Origin: Candidatus Latescibacterota bacterium
GTDB lineage: Bacteria; Latescibacterota; UBA2968; UBA8231
Assembly: GCA_963422735.1 (NCBI GenBank)
Contig: OY730476.1
Location: forward strand, 1,632,001 to 1,696,000
Direction of reading: 5' to 3'
DNA: 64,000 nt
A program made the translations under genes and the position numbers. The notes under the pieces are model-generated. The model ran no database searches. It was not told where the DNA came from and saw only the letters and a list, made by a program, of their open reading frames with translations. Positions 17,964 to 28,279 of the stretch are shown here, in pieces. Position 1 is the stretch's first letter. Every line of letters starts with the position of its first letter.

Positions 17964-20148
17964 ATGGATGCTCTTATTGGTGGCGGCCGCGCGGCTGCCG
18001 GCTAGCGCGCAAGAGGTGGCTCTCGTCTGGCCGCTGCGTCTTGCACCGGCTCTGTCTTCCACCTTCGGCGAATCGCGTTCCCGAGCTTTCCACGCCGGCA
18101 TAGACCTCAAGACTTGGGGCGAGACCGGCCACCCCGTACAGGCCCTAGCCGACGGCTATATCTGGCGAGCGCGCACCTCGCCTTGGGGCTATGGCCGGGC
18201 CTTGTACCAGAAATTGGCCGATGGCCGCATTGTAGTATATGCCCATCTAGAGGACTTTGCCGCGCCCGTGGCCGAGCGCGTACAGCAAGCACAGCAGCAG
18301 CGCGGGCGCTATAGCGTGGATTTGTATTTCGAGGCCGGGGAGATTCCAGTGTTCGGCGGCGCGGTCATCGCTTGGAGTGGCCAGAGCGGAGCAGGCCCCC
18401 CCCATTTGCACTTAGAGTTGCGCGATGCAAATAACGTGGCAATCAATCCCCTCTTGCAGGGGTTCGCCATCGCCGATACGATCGCGCCGACCTTGCAACG
18501 AGTGGCCATCACGCCGCATGGCCATAGTGCCCAAGTCGAGGGCGGGCGCGATCCCTATGTGCTGAATTTGCGCTGGCAGCCGGGCCGGGGGGAGTTCACC
18601 GGAGCGCGGACCGTGCAGGTGCTCGGCCCGGTGAGTATCAGCGCGTTGATGTACGATCGCGCCGATGCGGCCCCCAACAAGCTAGCCCCCTATCGCGCGG
18701 CCTTGCACATCGATGGCGATCCGATTTTTGCCGCGCACTACGAACGGGTCGGATACGGCGATATGCACCAGATGTATTTGGACCGGCCGCTAACTGCTTT
18801 TAAGGGCGGGGTGGGTCGCTTTTACAACTTGTGCCGTCTGCCGGGCAATCGCCTCGAATTCTACGAGGGGCCTGACGATGGAATTCTGAACTTGGCCAAG
18901 GGGCGGCACGAAGCCGTCGTCGTTGTCGCGGATGTCAACGGCAACGAGAGCCGGGCGCGCTTTGGGTTGATGGTTGATGAACCGCCGGCCATTGCCGGAG
19001 CGCGGATCGTGGCTGAAGCGGACGGAACCTTTATCGAGGCGCGGCTGACCGATGCGGACGATCCGCTCGTGGAAGTAGAATTGGCCAGTTCTCGCGATGG
19101 CGAGACTTGGCGGCGCGTAGATCGGCGGCAGAGTCGCTCCGGCCCGCTCAAGTGGCGGATCCACCGGAATGCCCCCTACTGGCGGATCCGGGCGCGGGAT
19201 CCGGCGGGCGTCGCAGCCTTTGCCGTTTGTCGCCTGCCCGACGACGGGGCCGCTGCGCCGACCTTTTCCTTAGAGCGCCGTCCCCACACAGGTTTCGTGG
19301 AGCTCGTGATGCGCTACGCACGAGTGCCCAGCGCTGCGCCCTTAGTCCGCGCTGATAACGCTAATATCGCTCCCCGCCAGACCGGCTTGCGCGAGTTCCG
19401 GGTCGTAGTACCGCTCGATCCGAGGGATTCGGCAGCCGGGCCAGTTTTGCTGCGGACGCCGAAGGCAGCCGTACAAAAGGTCGTCCTCGACCGGCAGCTC
19501 GTGCAGCCGGGTGCCGTAGCCGAATTGACCTATGCCGGAGGCGAGGTCGAATTGGGTTTTGTCGCGGAGAGCGCGTACGCGCCGTTTTTCCCGCAGGTCG
19601 CGGCTTTTGAGCCGCGCGTGCCCGCTGCGCTAGTCGCGGCCGGGTCGGCTTTTGCCTTGGGGCCTGATGTTAGTTTCGATCGCAAGGTCTCGCTGCGCTT
19701 CCGCTACGACCGGGGAACGCTGCCGCCGGAGAAGTTAGGCATCTACCGAGAGGTCGCCGCTGAAAAGTGGACGCTCGTGGGCAACGAATGGGACGCGGTG
19801 CGCCGGCAGGTCGTGGGCCGGGTGCGCCACTTTGGCCGCTACGCGCTGTTGGCCGACTTGGAAGCCCCTCAGATCAGCATTGTGCAACCCGCAGAGGGGG
19901 CGGTTGTTGGCCCGCGCCCAGAAATTCGCGGTGCAGTGCGCGACCAAGGCGCAGGCATTGGGCGGGAAGAAGACCTTGAATTAGAGCTAGACGGACGCCC
20001 GCTGATCGCCGAATACGATCCAGAAGCCGGGCGCGTGTACGGGCATCTAGCGGAAGATTTGTCGCCGGGTATGCACCGCCTAGTACTGAGGGTGCGGGAT
20101 ATGAGCGGCAACCAAGCCGAGATCCATTCGGAGTTTACCGTGCGCTAG
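17956..20148 (+). CDS. Exported M23-family metallopeptidase with long beta-rich C-terminus
   Basis: Signal peptide, TFGESR..FHAGID (HxxxD), YAHL, PHLHLE (HxH). Confidence 0.85.
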   Translation: MIKWMLLLVAAARLPASAQEVALVWPLRLAPALSSTFGESRSRAFHAGIDLKTWGETGHPVQALADGYIWRARTSPWGYGRALYQKLADGRIVVYAHLEDFAAPVAERVQQAQQQRGRYSVDLYFEAGEIPVFGGAVIAWSGQSGAGPPHLHLELRDANNVAINPLLQGFAIADTIAPTLQRVAITPHGHSAQVEGGRDPYVLNLRWQPGRGEFTGARTVQVLGPVSISALMYDRADAAPNKLAPYRAALHIDGDPIFAAHYERVGYGDMHQMYLDRPLTAFKGGVGRFYNLCRLPGNRLEFYEGPDDGILNLAKGRHEAVVVVADVNGNESRARFGLMVDEPPAIAGARIVAEADGTFIEARLTDADDPLVEVELASSRDGETWRRVDRRQSRSGPLKWRIHRNAPYWRIRARDPAGVAAFAVCRLPDDGAAAPTFSLERRPHTGFVELVMRYARVPSAAPLVRADNANIAPRQTGLREFRVVVPLDPRDSAAGPVLLRTPKAAVQKVVLDRQLVQPGAVAELTYAGGEVELGFVAESAYAPFFPQVAAFEPRVPAALVAAGSAFALGPDVSFDRKVSLRFRYDRGTLPPEKLGIYREVAAEKWTLVGNEWDAVRRQVVGRVRHFGRYALLADLEAPQISIVQPAEGAVVGPRPEIRGAVRDQGAGIGREEDLELELDGRPLIAEYDPEAGRVYGHLAEDLSPGMHRLVLRVRDMSGNQAEIHSEFTVR

Positions 20149-21155
20149 CGCAGCAGCACGGGGGCACCGGCTTGGCGCAGCGACGCCTGTGCGGCCTCCA
20201 AGACCCGCACGACGCGCAGCCCGTCGCGACCATCGCTGCGGGGCATCTGGCCGGTGCGCACGCACTCGGCGAAGTGCTGGCACTCCAGCTTGAGTGGCTC
20301 GGCCATTTGCAGCCGCGGAATGACGACATCGCCAAAGCGCAGCGCGATGGAGTCGCCATAAGAGTCGTATTGCGGTCGCTCGGCCGATTTGTCGTAGATG
20401 CGCACCTTTTCTGTGCTTTCCACATCGTCAAATACAGCCATCTTGAGGCTGCCGACCACGGTCAGGCGGCGGATGCGGTGCGGGTCGAGCCAAGAGATCT
20501 GCATCTGCGCCATCTTGCCATCGGCAAAGTGCAAATTGGCAAAGACCACGTCTTCAATGTCGGGTTGTAGATAGCACTCGCCGCGAGCGCTGACCGCGTC
20601 TGGCTCTTGGCCGAGCAGGTACAGGATGACCGATATGTCGTGTGGTGCCAAGCTCCATAAGGCATTTTCGTCGCTGCGGACAATGCCCAAGTTGACGCGC
20701 TGAGAGTACAGATAATACAAGTCGCCTAGCCCGCCTTCCCTTACTAAATCATGTAGCATTTGCACGGCTGGGTGGTACTTCAGCAGGTGCCCGACCATCA
20801 GTACCCGGTCCCGTTCTACGGCTAATTCGACTAAGTGGGCCGACGTGGCGGTGCCGAGGGTCATGGGCTTTTCGACGTACACGTGCTTGCCCCGCTCTAG
20901 AGCGCGCCGGGCCAATTCGTAGTGGTCGGCGGCCGGGACGGCCAATACTACGGCGTCGAGCGCGTCGTCGCCGAGCACCTCATCGTAGCTGGCGGTGATT
21001 GGGACCTCCGGGTACTGGTGCTGGATGGCACTGCGGGTTTCCGGGCTAGCGTCGCAGATTTGGCGCAGATGTACGTCGGGCAAGTCGCGGAAGACGCGCA
21101 CTAGATTCTTGCCCCAATACCCAGCGCCGACGCAGGCGATTTGGACGCAGCTCAT
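20145..21155 (-). CDS. Gfo/Idh/MocA oxidoreductase (nucleotide-sugar pathway type)
   Basis: VGAGYWGKN, HVYVEKP, LMVGH, SLAPHD, EPLKLEC. Confidence 0.9.
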   Translation of the reverse strand: MSCVQIACVGAGYWGKNLVRVFRDLPDVHLRQICDASPETRSAIQHQYPEVPITASYDEVLGDDALDAVVLAVPAADHYELARRALERGKHVYVEKPMTLGTATSAHLVELAVERDRVLMVGHLLKYHPAVQMLHDLVREGGLGDLYYLYSQRVNLGIVRSDENALWSLAPHDISVILYLLGQEPDAVSARGECYLQPDIEDVVFANLHFADGKMAQMQISWLDPHRIRRLTVVGSLKMAVFDDVESTEKVRIYDKSAERPQYDSYGDSIALRFGDVVIPRLQMAEPLKLECQHFAECVRTGQMPRSDGRDGLRVVRVLEAAQASLRQAGAPVLLR

Positions 21156-21943
21156 GCGCGTTGGAAATAAGTGTCGATGTCGGCAGCCAGGCGCGCGAGG
21201 GCTTGGCTGCCCTCGGCATGGGGGTGCGCTCTTACGACCGGCTCACCCGCGTCGGCTTGGCTGCGGACGAGCGGGTCGAGCGGAATTTCGCCCAGATAGG
21301 GAATGCCCAAGCGGCTGGCTGTGGCACGGCCCCCTCCGGTTCCGAAAATGGGATCGGCATGGCCGCAGTTGTCGCAGCGGAAATAGCTCATGTTCTCAAC
21401 CAAGCCGACGATGGGCACCTCGGTCTGGCGGAACATCTCGACGCCGCGACGCACGTCTTCGAGGGCAATGGCCGAGGGCGTGGTGACGATCAAGGCCGCA
21501 GTCAAGGGTGCCACTTGGGTCAGCGTGATTTGTACGTCTCCGGTCCCGGGGGGCAGGTCTATGAGCAGGAAGTCGAGCTCGCCCCAAGTGACGTTGAAGA
21601 GGAATTGGTGCATCATCTTGGCCAGCATGGGACCGCGCCACACGACCGGGGTACCTGGGTCGATTAGCAACCCCATGGAAATGGCTTTGAGACCGTGCCC
21701 GGACAAGGGGTGGATGCGGCCGTCCGTTGCGGTGGGTCGGCCCTCTATGCCTAGCAGACCCGGAATGTTGGGGCCGTAGATGTCGGCGTCGAGCAAGCCG
21801 ACCTGTAGCCCTTGGTGGGCCAAGCTCACGGCCAAGTTGGCGCAGAGCGTGGACTTGCCAACGCCGCCCTTGCCGCTGGCTATGGCTAGTGTATCTTTAA
21901 TGCCGGGAATGGGTTGGCGGTTGTGGGTTTGTGGGGAGTTCAC
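21152..21943 (-). CDS. apbC: Mrp/NBP35 (ApbC) Fe-S cluster carrier ATPase
   Basis: ASGKGGVGKST, DADIYGP, WRGPM, DLPPGTGD, ENMSYFRCDNC. Confidence 0.92.
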   Translation of the reverse strand: MNSPQTHNRQPIPGIKDTLAIASGKGGVGKSTLCANLAVSLAHQGLQVGLLDADIYGPNIPGLLGIEGRPTATDGRIHPLSGHGLKAISMGLLIDPGTPVVWRGPMLAKMMHQFLFNVTWGELDFLLIDLPPGTGDVQITLTQVAPLTAALIVTTPSAIALEDVRRGVEMFRQTEVPIVGLVENMSYFRCDNCGHADPIFGTGGGRATASRLGIPYLGEIPLDPLVRSQADAGEPVVRAHPHAEGSQALARLAADIDTYFQRA

Positions 21944-22022
21944 TGGAGTTCCTGCTGCGTAGTGGAAAATTTGGAGTATAGAAGAAAGACCTTCTCACGG
22001 CAAGGGGGATGGGGGCGGGGAG

Positions 22023-22185
22023 AGGTTCAATGACCCGCAAGGCAACTACGCCATCAACCTACAATTCGGCGACGTTAGGCCGTTTTCGGAAGGATTGGCG
22101 GCGGTACGGATCGGCGACGGGGAGACAGGCAAGTGGGGCTCAAATTCGACGGAGTAGGGCCTTTTCGGAAGGATTAGTAGTGCCT
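22023..22185 (+). pseudogene. WG (KWG)-repeat protein debris
   Basis: RFNDPQGNYAINLQFGDVRPFSEGLAAVRIGDGETGKWG followed by a frameshifted second unit FDGV/RAFSEGLVV; TTTTCGGAAGGATT occurs twice. Confidence 0.7.
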
Positions 22186-22240
22186 CTTTCGGCACCTTCT
22201 CCCATTCGTGCCAGAATTTCTGACCTGTGTAGGACAAGTA

Positions 22241-22383
22241 GAGGCGGCATCGAAGCCAAGATTGACGCCAACCGCGAGACCCTCGAAGCCAAAATAGACG
22301 GGCTGTATCGTTGGGTGATACCGCTTCAGATAACGACGATCTTAGCGGTCGAGGGGCTGGCGTTCAAGGCGTTTAGCGGCTAG
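22241..22383 (+). pseudogene. C-terminal fragment of a small coiled-coil, membrane-anchored protein
   Basis: GIEAKIDANRETLEAKIDGLYRWVIPLQITTILAV: repeated EAKID plus hydrophobic tail, no plausible start. Confidence 0.5.
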
Positions 22384-22485
22384 AGCCGAACAAAACGACG
22401 CGGCGGCCGGGGAATGGATCGCCTCACTGGACCTAACCCCGGCCCCTTCCCTGCGAGAGAAGTAAGTAGAGCGATAGGAGTTCCA

Positions 22486-23349
22486 ATGCACTTTACCATC
22501 ATGTATAGGATCGCGCTTTTAGTGATCGTTTTGGCCCCCTTGGGTTGCACGAATGTCAACCAGATGCACAAGCTCTATCAGGAGGGAGACCACTCGCAGT
22601 TAGATCGGATTATGGAGATCGTCTCCCGTCAGGACTACCCTTATGCTACGCGGCGCAAGGCCGCACGCATTCTCGGCGAGATCGGCGACCCGCGCGCCGT
22701 GCCGGTGCTGAAAATGGCACTCCAAGACTACGACCAGCGCACCACGCTCAAGCAGGACGCGCTCCGCTCCCTAGGCACCATCGGCGACCGGAGCGCAACC
22801 CCGGATATAGGGAGGTTACTCGATCGATCGCTCAATACGGCCGACGCCGAGTTGCGAATGGCCGCCATTGAAGCACTCGGGAAGATGGGGGGGACCAAGG
22901 CGGCTGAAATTTTGGTCAATGCCCTCGGCTACTACGACATACTCACCCTGCGCTCTGAGCAGCGAACCCGTCGGGGGGTGTTCACCGGCGAGGAGCGACC
23001 CTTTCCCTACGGGCCCTATGGACGGCTCGACGCCGACTCCACGGGAGGCCCGCGGCGCTATCCAAATGTGGGACTAGATCCCTTTGGGGAGGGGGGGCAG
23101 CCCCGAGTGAGCATGTTCGGTACGCCCATCGAGCCTACGCAGATGGAATACGACCCCACCCCCGAGGAGCGCACCCTAACCCATCAGGCTATTACAGCGG
23201 TAGGGACGGACGCCATTCCGGTGGTTGAAAACTACCTAGACAGCCTGCGTGTAAGCCCGACTTTGCGCAGGGAACTGCTGGTCATTATAGGCGAAATTAC
23301 AGGCACTCCGCCGCCAGTAAAAGTTGATTCCACAGCCTCCCGCCTGTAA
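22486..23349 (+). CDS. HEAT-repeat lipoprotein
   Basis: AGGAG RBS, lipobox-like LAPLGC, repeats RRKAARILGEIGDPRAVP / ALRSLGTIGD / RMAAIEALGKMG. Confidence 0.8.
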   Translation: MHFTIMYRIALLVIVLAPLGCTNVNQMHKLYQEGDHSQLDRIMEIVSRQDYPYATRRKAARILGEIGDPRAVPVLKMALQDYDQRTTLKQDALRSLGTIGDRSATPDIGRLLDRSLNTADAELRMAAIEALGKMGGTKAAEILVNALGYYDILTLRSEQRTRRGVFTGEERPFPYGPYGRLDADSTGGPRRYPNVGLDPFGEGGQPRVSMFGTPIEPTQMEYDPTPEERTLTHQAITAVGTDAIPVVENYLDSLRVSPTLRRELLVIIGEITGTPPPVKVDSTASRL

Positions 23350-23350
23350 G

Positions 23351-23379
23351 TTGACAAGGATACGCCCAGCGCATATTAT
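23351..23379 (+). promoter_or_regulatory. Sigma70 promoter
   Basis: TTGACA-N17-TATTAT, about 130 bp upstream of 23511. Confidence 0.7.
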
Positions 23380-23510
23380 GAGACGATTCCAACCGAAAAA
23401 TCACCAAAATACGCGATAGGCCCACCCCGTTCAGAATGGAATAGGCGGACGCCTAATTCGTCTGCTACCCCGGTCTAAAGGCCAAGTATAGTTCGAGGTT
23501 TTTACCCATT

Positions 23511-24281
23511 ATGGAAAGCGATATAGGCCCAATCCTCGGCGATTGGAAATACGCCCCAGGCGAGTTAAGCGTGCGCAAGATACGAAGCGGCAACGGCAGT
23601 GCAAAGCTCCAAATCCGCATGGATCTGGGCTTGATGCAGCTAGAATGGCGGGGGCGTCCCGACGCGCTCCGTCCGCACGGTTATGTGTCGCTGTTGGATT
23701 ACTACTGCCAAAAGCGACGCGAGTGGGAGGAAGCGCACGGCCCGGGCACCTTTAGCCTCTCGCACGAGGATTGTTCCAAGCTGGCCCAAGAGGCCATGAA
23801 ATACTACTGGCGGCGGATCGGTTTTTTTGAACTGAAGGAATACGAGCGGGCCGAAGAGGATGCCAAGCACAACCTCGCCATCCTCGACTTGTGCTACGAA
23901 TACGCCGAAGAGGACGAAGACCGCCAGTTAGCCGAACAATACCGCGTCTTTGTCACAGCACATCGGGTGCAGGCGCGAGCGCTGGCCTGTCTAGAGGCCG
24001 AAAACCACGCCGAGGCCCTAACCGAGATCCGCCGGGGTATTGCCGAGATCGAGGCGTTTCTCGCCAAAATTGGCCAATTGGACCAGCTCGACGAGTGCCC
24101 TGAGTTGCTCTTTTTGCGCGAGTGGGAAGGCGAAATAGAGAGCACCCGGCCGCGCACGCTGCGCGAGCGGCTGATGGCCGATTTACAGGCCGCGGTTGAG
24201 GCGGAGCGGTTCGAGTTGGCCGCTTCGCTCAGGGACCGCTTGCGTTCGCTCGAGACCGAGCAAGCCGGCAGGTTGCCTTGA
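23511..24281 (+). CDS. Uncharacterised protein with C-terminal UVR motif, paralog 2
   Basis: VRKI..KLQIRMDLGLMQL..GRPDALRPHG..LLDYY; LQAAVEAERFELAASLRDRLRSL. Confidence 0.8.
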   Translation: MESDIGPILGDWKYAPGELSVRKIRSGNGSAKLQIRMDLGLMQLEWRGRPDALRPHGYVSLLDYYCQKRREWEEAHGPGTFSLSHEDCSKLAQEAMKYYWRRIGFFELKEYERAEEDAKHNLAILDLCYEYAEEDEDRQLAEQYRVFVTAHRVQARALACLEAENHAEALTEIRRGIAEIEAFLAKIGQLDQLDECPELLFLREWEGEIESTRPRTLRERLMADLQAAVEAERFELAASLRDRLRSLETEQAGRLP

Positions 24282-26044
24282 AAGGACGATTGCTGCCGAA
24301 GGGTGGGCCGAGGGGCGTTGTCTCTCGGCCCTTTTACTTTGCCCTGTTCGCACTGTTAAGTGCTTGCGGGCAAATGGCTCCCAAGACAACGCCCGAGGTG
24401 CCGACGGCCCAGATCATCCAAGAGCAGCTACCCTTAGTAGGCGACAACCTGCTCGACTTGCAGTTATTCAGGCCGGGTACTGGTTCGCGCCTCCTGATAG
24501 CTCTGCTGGAGTGGGAAACCCCTTCGGGCGAGCACCGCGAAGTCGAGCACCGGTTGCAAGTGCCACAAGGGCGTCTCGTGCGCTATGCGCTGCCGTATCG
24601 GTTGGAAGAGGCTGGCATACACCGCGCGGCCCTGCGGCTGTACGATCCGGAGCGCGACACGCTCATCCATGCTGTCGAAGAGTTGCGCCTGTTTGCCCGG
24701 CCCGCTTGGGAGCTTTCGGGCGATCGCTCGTATTATACCGTAGAGTATGAGATTCGCTTCCGGCTGCGGCGCAATCGTCACGGTGATACGACCATCCCCG
24801 TGACGGTCGAGTTGCGGCGCGGCGTCGAGGTCTTGGATCGCGTGGATGTAAACATGGTCGGGCAGGAGATCTCAGGGGCCTTTGCTGCATACGACTTGCC
24901 CGAGGGGCGTTATTGGCTGGCGGCGCGGTGGCTGGATCCGATCGGCGGTGCGGATTCGCTGGCCGTGGCCTGCGATAAGTTTGCGCCAGCCACGCGGGAG
25001 GTAAAAATCGACCTGTTCAGCCAGTCCTTGCTCGTCGATGGCGAGCCGTTCTTTCCCATTGGGCTATACTGGCTGCAGGCGGATATCCTAGCCCCGATGC
25101 GACGTCTGCATTTCAATTCCGGGGATTACTTCTACAAGCTGCGCGGAGAAGAAGTTGCCGCGCTGATGGATGCAGCAGCCGTAGAGGGGATGCAGATCCT
25201 CCTAGAACTGACCGAGTACGCCCGGCGGAAACCCAAGCCGGACTATCAGGCCATCGCCGCCCTCGTCAAACGCTATCGTCGGCATCCGGCACTCTTGGCT
25301 TGGTATCTGATTGACGAGCCAGACGAGACCAAAATGGACCCTCGGTCCGCGGTGGCGATATACGATCTGATCCGGGATCTCGACCCCTATCATCCGGTCT
25401 ATTTAGTCAATAATCGGCCGCGCACATACGCCGCGTACTCGGACGCCAGCGATATTCTAGCCATAGACGTCTATCCGATCCCGAATTACCCCATCAGTCA
25501 GGTAGGCGACTATATGCAGCAGGCGCGCTGGACTTCGCTGGAGCGAAAACCAGTCTGGTTGGTCGCCCAGGCCTTTGGCGGCGTGGAACACTGGCCGCGC
25601 TCGCCGACGGCGAGCGAATTGCGGAACATGATCTACCAAGGGCTGGTCGAAGGGGCCAAGGGGGTGTTGTTCTACCGCTATTGCCAAGAGAACGAACGCC
25701 GCATCCAACCCCTATCCCTGTGGCGAGAAGTGCAGCGTCTCGCGGCCGAGCTTGCCGAATTAGGGCCGGTGCTCTTGCAGGAGGAGCTCAGCTTGGAGGC
25801 ACAACCGGCTGGTGGCGGGGTCAAAGTAGCGGTCAAAGAGTACAAACGCGATTTTTACGTATTTGTCGTCAATGTCGCCGAGGAGTCGCGACGGCTCGAT
25901 TTGCGCCTAGAAGGCTTGCCGCCTATGGGACGGGCCGAAGTGCTCCATGGGCGGGCGGACCCAACGCTGGCCAACGGACGGCTCGCCGCGGAGCTGGGAC
26001 CGCTGGGTACGGCGGTTTTTCGCTTGCAGACAGCGGGCATTTGA
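24278..26044 (+). CDS. Lipoprotein with glycoside-hydrolase-like TIM barrel
   Basis: Lipobox LLSAC; LLVDGEPFFPIGLY, HPALLAWYLIDEP, DPYHP, DVYP, VWLVAQAF, GAKGVLFY. Confidence 0.7.
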   Translation: MKGRLLPKGGPRGVVSRPFYFALFALLSACGQMAPKTTPEVPTAQIIQEQLPLVGDNLLDLQLFRPGTGSRLLIALLEWETPSGEHREVEHRLQVPQGRLVRYALPYRLEEAGIHRAALRLYDPERDTLIHAVEELRLFARPAWELSGDRSYYTVEYEIRFRLRRNRHGDTTIPVTVELRRGVEVLDRVDVNMVGQEISGAFAAYDLPEGRYWLAARWLDPIGGADSLAVACDKFAPATREVKIDLFSQSLLVDGEPFFPIGLYWLQADILAPMRRLHFNSGDYFYKLRGEEVAALMDAAAVEGMQILLELTEYARRKPKPDYQAIAALVKRYRRHPALLAWYLIDEPDETKMDPRSAVAIYDLIRDLDPYHPVYLVNNRPRTYAAYSDASDILAIDVYPIPNYPISQVGDYMQQARWTSLERKPVWLVAQAFGGVEHWPRSPTASELRNMIYQGLVEGAKGVLFYRYCQENERRIQPLSLWREVQRLAAELAELGPVLLQEELSLEAQPAGGGVKVAVKEYKRDFYVFVVNVAEESRRLDLRLEGLPPMGRAEVLHGRADPTLANGRLAAELGPLGTAVFRLQTAGI

Positions 26045-26089
26045 ACAGGTGATTCACTGGCTTTGGAGCCGGTTAAAGGAGAAAAAACT

Positions 26090-26578
26090 ATGGCCAAAAA
26101 GGTGGCCCTCGCTAAGCGAGATCGAGAACGAATAAAGAAGATGCTCTTGGTGCGTCGCGCTGAATTGCTCAGTGATCTGGACGGCACCGAGCACGAGATC
26201 GACGAACTGCAAGACCCCAAGGCCGACGACCTCGACCGAGCTGTCGAGGCCGGGGCCATGGAGCTTTTGGTAACTCTGGGCGATACTGAGCGCCGCGAGC
26301 TGGAGGAGGTCGTGCTAGCACTTGAGAAGCTGGATAGCACGACGTATGGCAAGTGCGAAGCCTGCCTCGAAAAGCCCTTAAACCTGTGCCCGACCTGTCC
26401 GTTTATTCCCGAGCCGCGCTTGGAGGCCCTGCCCACGGCGCGGCTGTGCGTGTCCTGTCAGGAGGCCGAGGAGCAGAACCAGATTCCGTCCTATACCCGG
26501 CTGCGCCCGCGGCGGATGTTTGGCGAGAACATAGAGGAATTCTCGCATCCGCTGATGGATTCAGAAGACGACAGATAG
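26090..26578 (+). CDS. DksA/TraR-family zinc-finger regulator
   Basis: AAGGAG RBS; coiled-coil tip DDLDRA (DxxDxA), TYGKCEAC, RLEALPTARLCVSC. Confidence 0.85.
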   Translation: MAKKVALAKRDRERIKKMLLVRRAELLSDLDGTEHEIDELQDPKADDLDRAVEAGAMELLVTLGDTERRELEEVVLALEKLDSTTYGKCEACLEKPLNLCPTCPFIPEPRLEALPTARLCVSCQEAEEQNQIPSYTRLRPRRMFGENIEEFSHPLMDSEDDR

Positions 26579-26609
26579 GCTCTTAATCGGCGCGTTATTC
26601 GAGCCTAAT

Positions 26610-26651
26610 CAAAGGCGGCCTAAGCTTTTTGAGAAGCTTAGGCCGCCTTTG
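26610..26651. terminator. Bidirectional intrinsic terminator
   Basis: CAAAGGCGGCCTAAGCTT-tttgag-AAGCTTAGGCCGCCTTTG, perfect 18-bp stem between convergent genes. Confidence 0.85.
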
Positions 26652-26671
26652 TGTTGGACTGGGATGGGAGG

Positions 26672-28111
26672 CTAAGGTGCCAGTTCTTTCAGCTCGGCCA
26701 TGGTGGCGAGTCGCACGTTTTTGAGCTGGCGCTGGTAACCTATGACTGCGGCTAAGGAGTTGATTTGGGCCTGCGTCAAACTGCCTTGGGCTTGGAGCAG
26801 TTGCTGGCTGTCGGCCAAGCCGAGTTCAAAGCGGCTCTGCTCGACGTCGTAGGTGCGCTGGGCGAACTGAAGGGCGGCTTGGCGCAGGTCGATCTGGCGC
26901 TCGGCCTCGTGGACGCGGCGCGTGCCGTCGCGGATCTGCTGGACAATTTGGCGTCGCTGCTGCTCGCGGGCGAGGCGGCTTTGCTCCAAGGCGAGGCGCG
27001 CTTGGTTGACGTTGGCGCGCCGCTGGCCGCTGTCGATCAGCGGCAGGGTTATCTGCAGGTCAACTCCCCACCGATTGCGCTCGAAATTGTCGCTGACATC
27101 GCCAATTGCGCTGCCGTGCCCCCGCATACTGACATTGGCACCTAAGATCGCGTTGATGCCGTTGCGGCGGCGGGTGTCTTCTAGATCCAACGCGCGGATT
27201 TCCTCGAAAATTTCGGCTCGCTTCATATCGGTGCGGCGTGCCAAGCCGATTTCAAGGGCGCGTTGGGCGTCGATGGGGTGAATCTCGTACTGGACCTCGG
27301 TGTCGATTTCGAGCGGTGCCCACACATCGAGTCCGAGGGTTTCGCGGAGAATGTCGCGGCGCGATTCGATATTGGTTCGGGCCTGGTCGTACGTGGCCTC
27401 GGCCTGTAGCATTTCTACCTGTAAGCGCAGGGCTTCCACTTCGGCGATGAGGCCGACCTCAAATTTCCGTTGGGCCAGTTCCAAATTGGCGCGCGACTGC
27501 GCTAGGCGCTGTTCCTCTATTTCGAGCTCGCGGACGCTCTGCACCAAGTCGTAGTAATCGTCGATAACTTGGCCCTCTAGCTGGAGCCGCTGGCGGTCGA
27601 AGTTGAGGCGTGCGCTTTGCAGGCTGTGCTCGGCGCGCTTGAGCGCGATTTCCTCGCTGGGCTGGCCGAGTAGATCGCGTGCGTAAAAAAGGCGCGTCGA
27701 ACCCGAATAGTCGAGGAAGTCGGCGCGGCGACTGGACGAGAAGTTGCGGCGCAGGGCTGCAGTGGTCAGCGTGAATTGGCCGAGGTGGCGCAGGCGCTGG
27801 GCCATGCGCAGGTTGCCCGAGTAGAGGACATCGGAACTCTCTTCGCGGACTCGTTTTTCGAGAGCGATATTTTCTTGGGTATCGCTCAGCCCAGTGAAGC
27901 TAGGGGCGGTGACGTCGGCGTTCATGTTGAAGGCAAAGGGCGCACGCGCCGCCGCTAGTTGGGCGCGGTTGCTGGCTAGGGTCTGTTGGTCCATTTGGTG
28001 TTGCAAGTTGTTTTGCATGGCCAAGTCGATGCACTCTTGCAGCGAGAGGACATCGGCTGCGGAGCAGGTGGTGGCAATCAGCAAACCGACCAGTGCCCAT
28101 TGATATTTCAT
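26672..28111 (-). CDS. TolC-family outer-membrane efflux protein
   Basis: Signal peptide, LSLQECIDLAMQNN, KFEVGLI, LQITLPLIDSG, RFELGL. Confidence 0.88.
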   Translation of the reverse strand: MKYQWALVGLLIATTCSAADVLSLQECIDLAMQNNLQHQMDQQTLASNRAQLAAARAPFAFNMNADVTAPSFTGLSDTQENIALEKRVREESSDVLYSGNLRMAQRLRHLGQFTLTTAALRRNFSSSRRADFLDYSGSTRLFYARDLLGQPSEEIALKRAEHSLQSARLNFDRQRLQLEGQVIDDYYDLVQSVRELEIEEQRLAQSRANLELAQRKFEVGLIAEVEALRLQVEMLQAEATYDQARTNIESRRDILRETLGLDVWAPLEIDTEVQYEIHPIDAQRALEIGLARRTDMKRAEIFEEIRALDLEDTRRRNGINAILGANVSMRGHGSAIGDVSDNFERNRWGVDLQITLPLIDSGQRRANVNQARLALEQSRLAREQQRRQIVQQIRDGTRRVHEAERQIDLRQAALQFAQRTYDVEQSRFELGLADSQQLLQAQGSLTQAQINSLAAVIGYQRQLKNVRLATMAELKELAP

Positions 28112-28279
28112 CACAGAGTCCCTTCTTATCAGATGACGAGCGAGATGCAACTGTCTTCTGCTAATTATACACTACGCGTTTTACAAAGCCAACCGCGGCC
28201 ATTTTTCGGCGGTGGGTTTTATGTTTAATATTTAATATCCATAGACTTAAGCCTATCAAGAATGTAAAGGAGCTATGCT

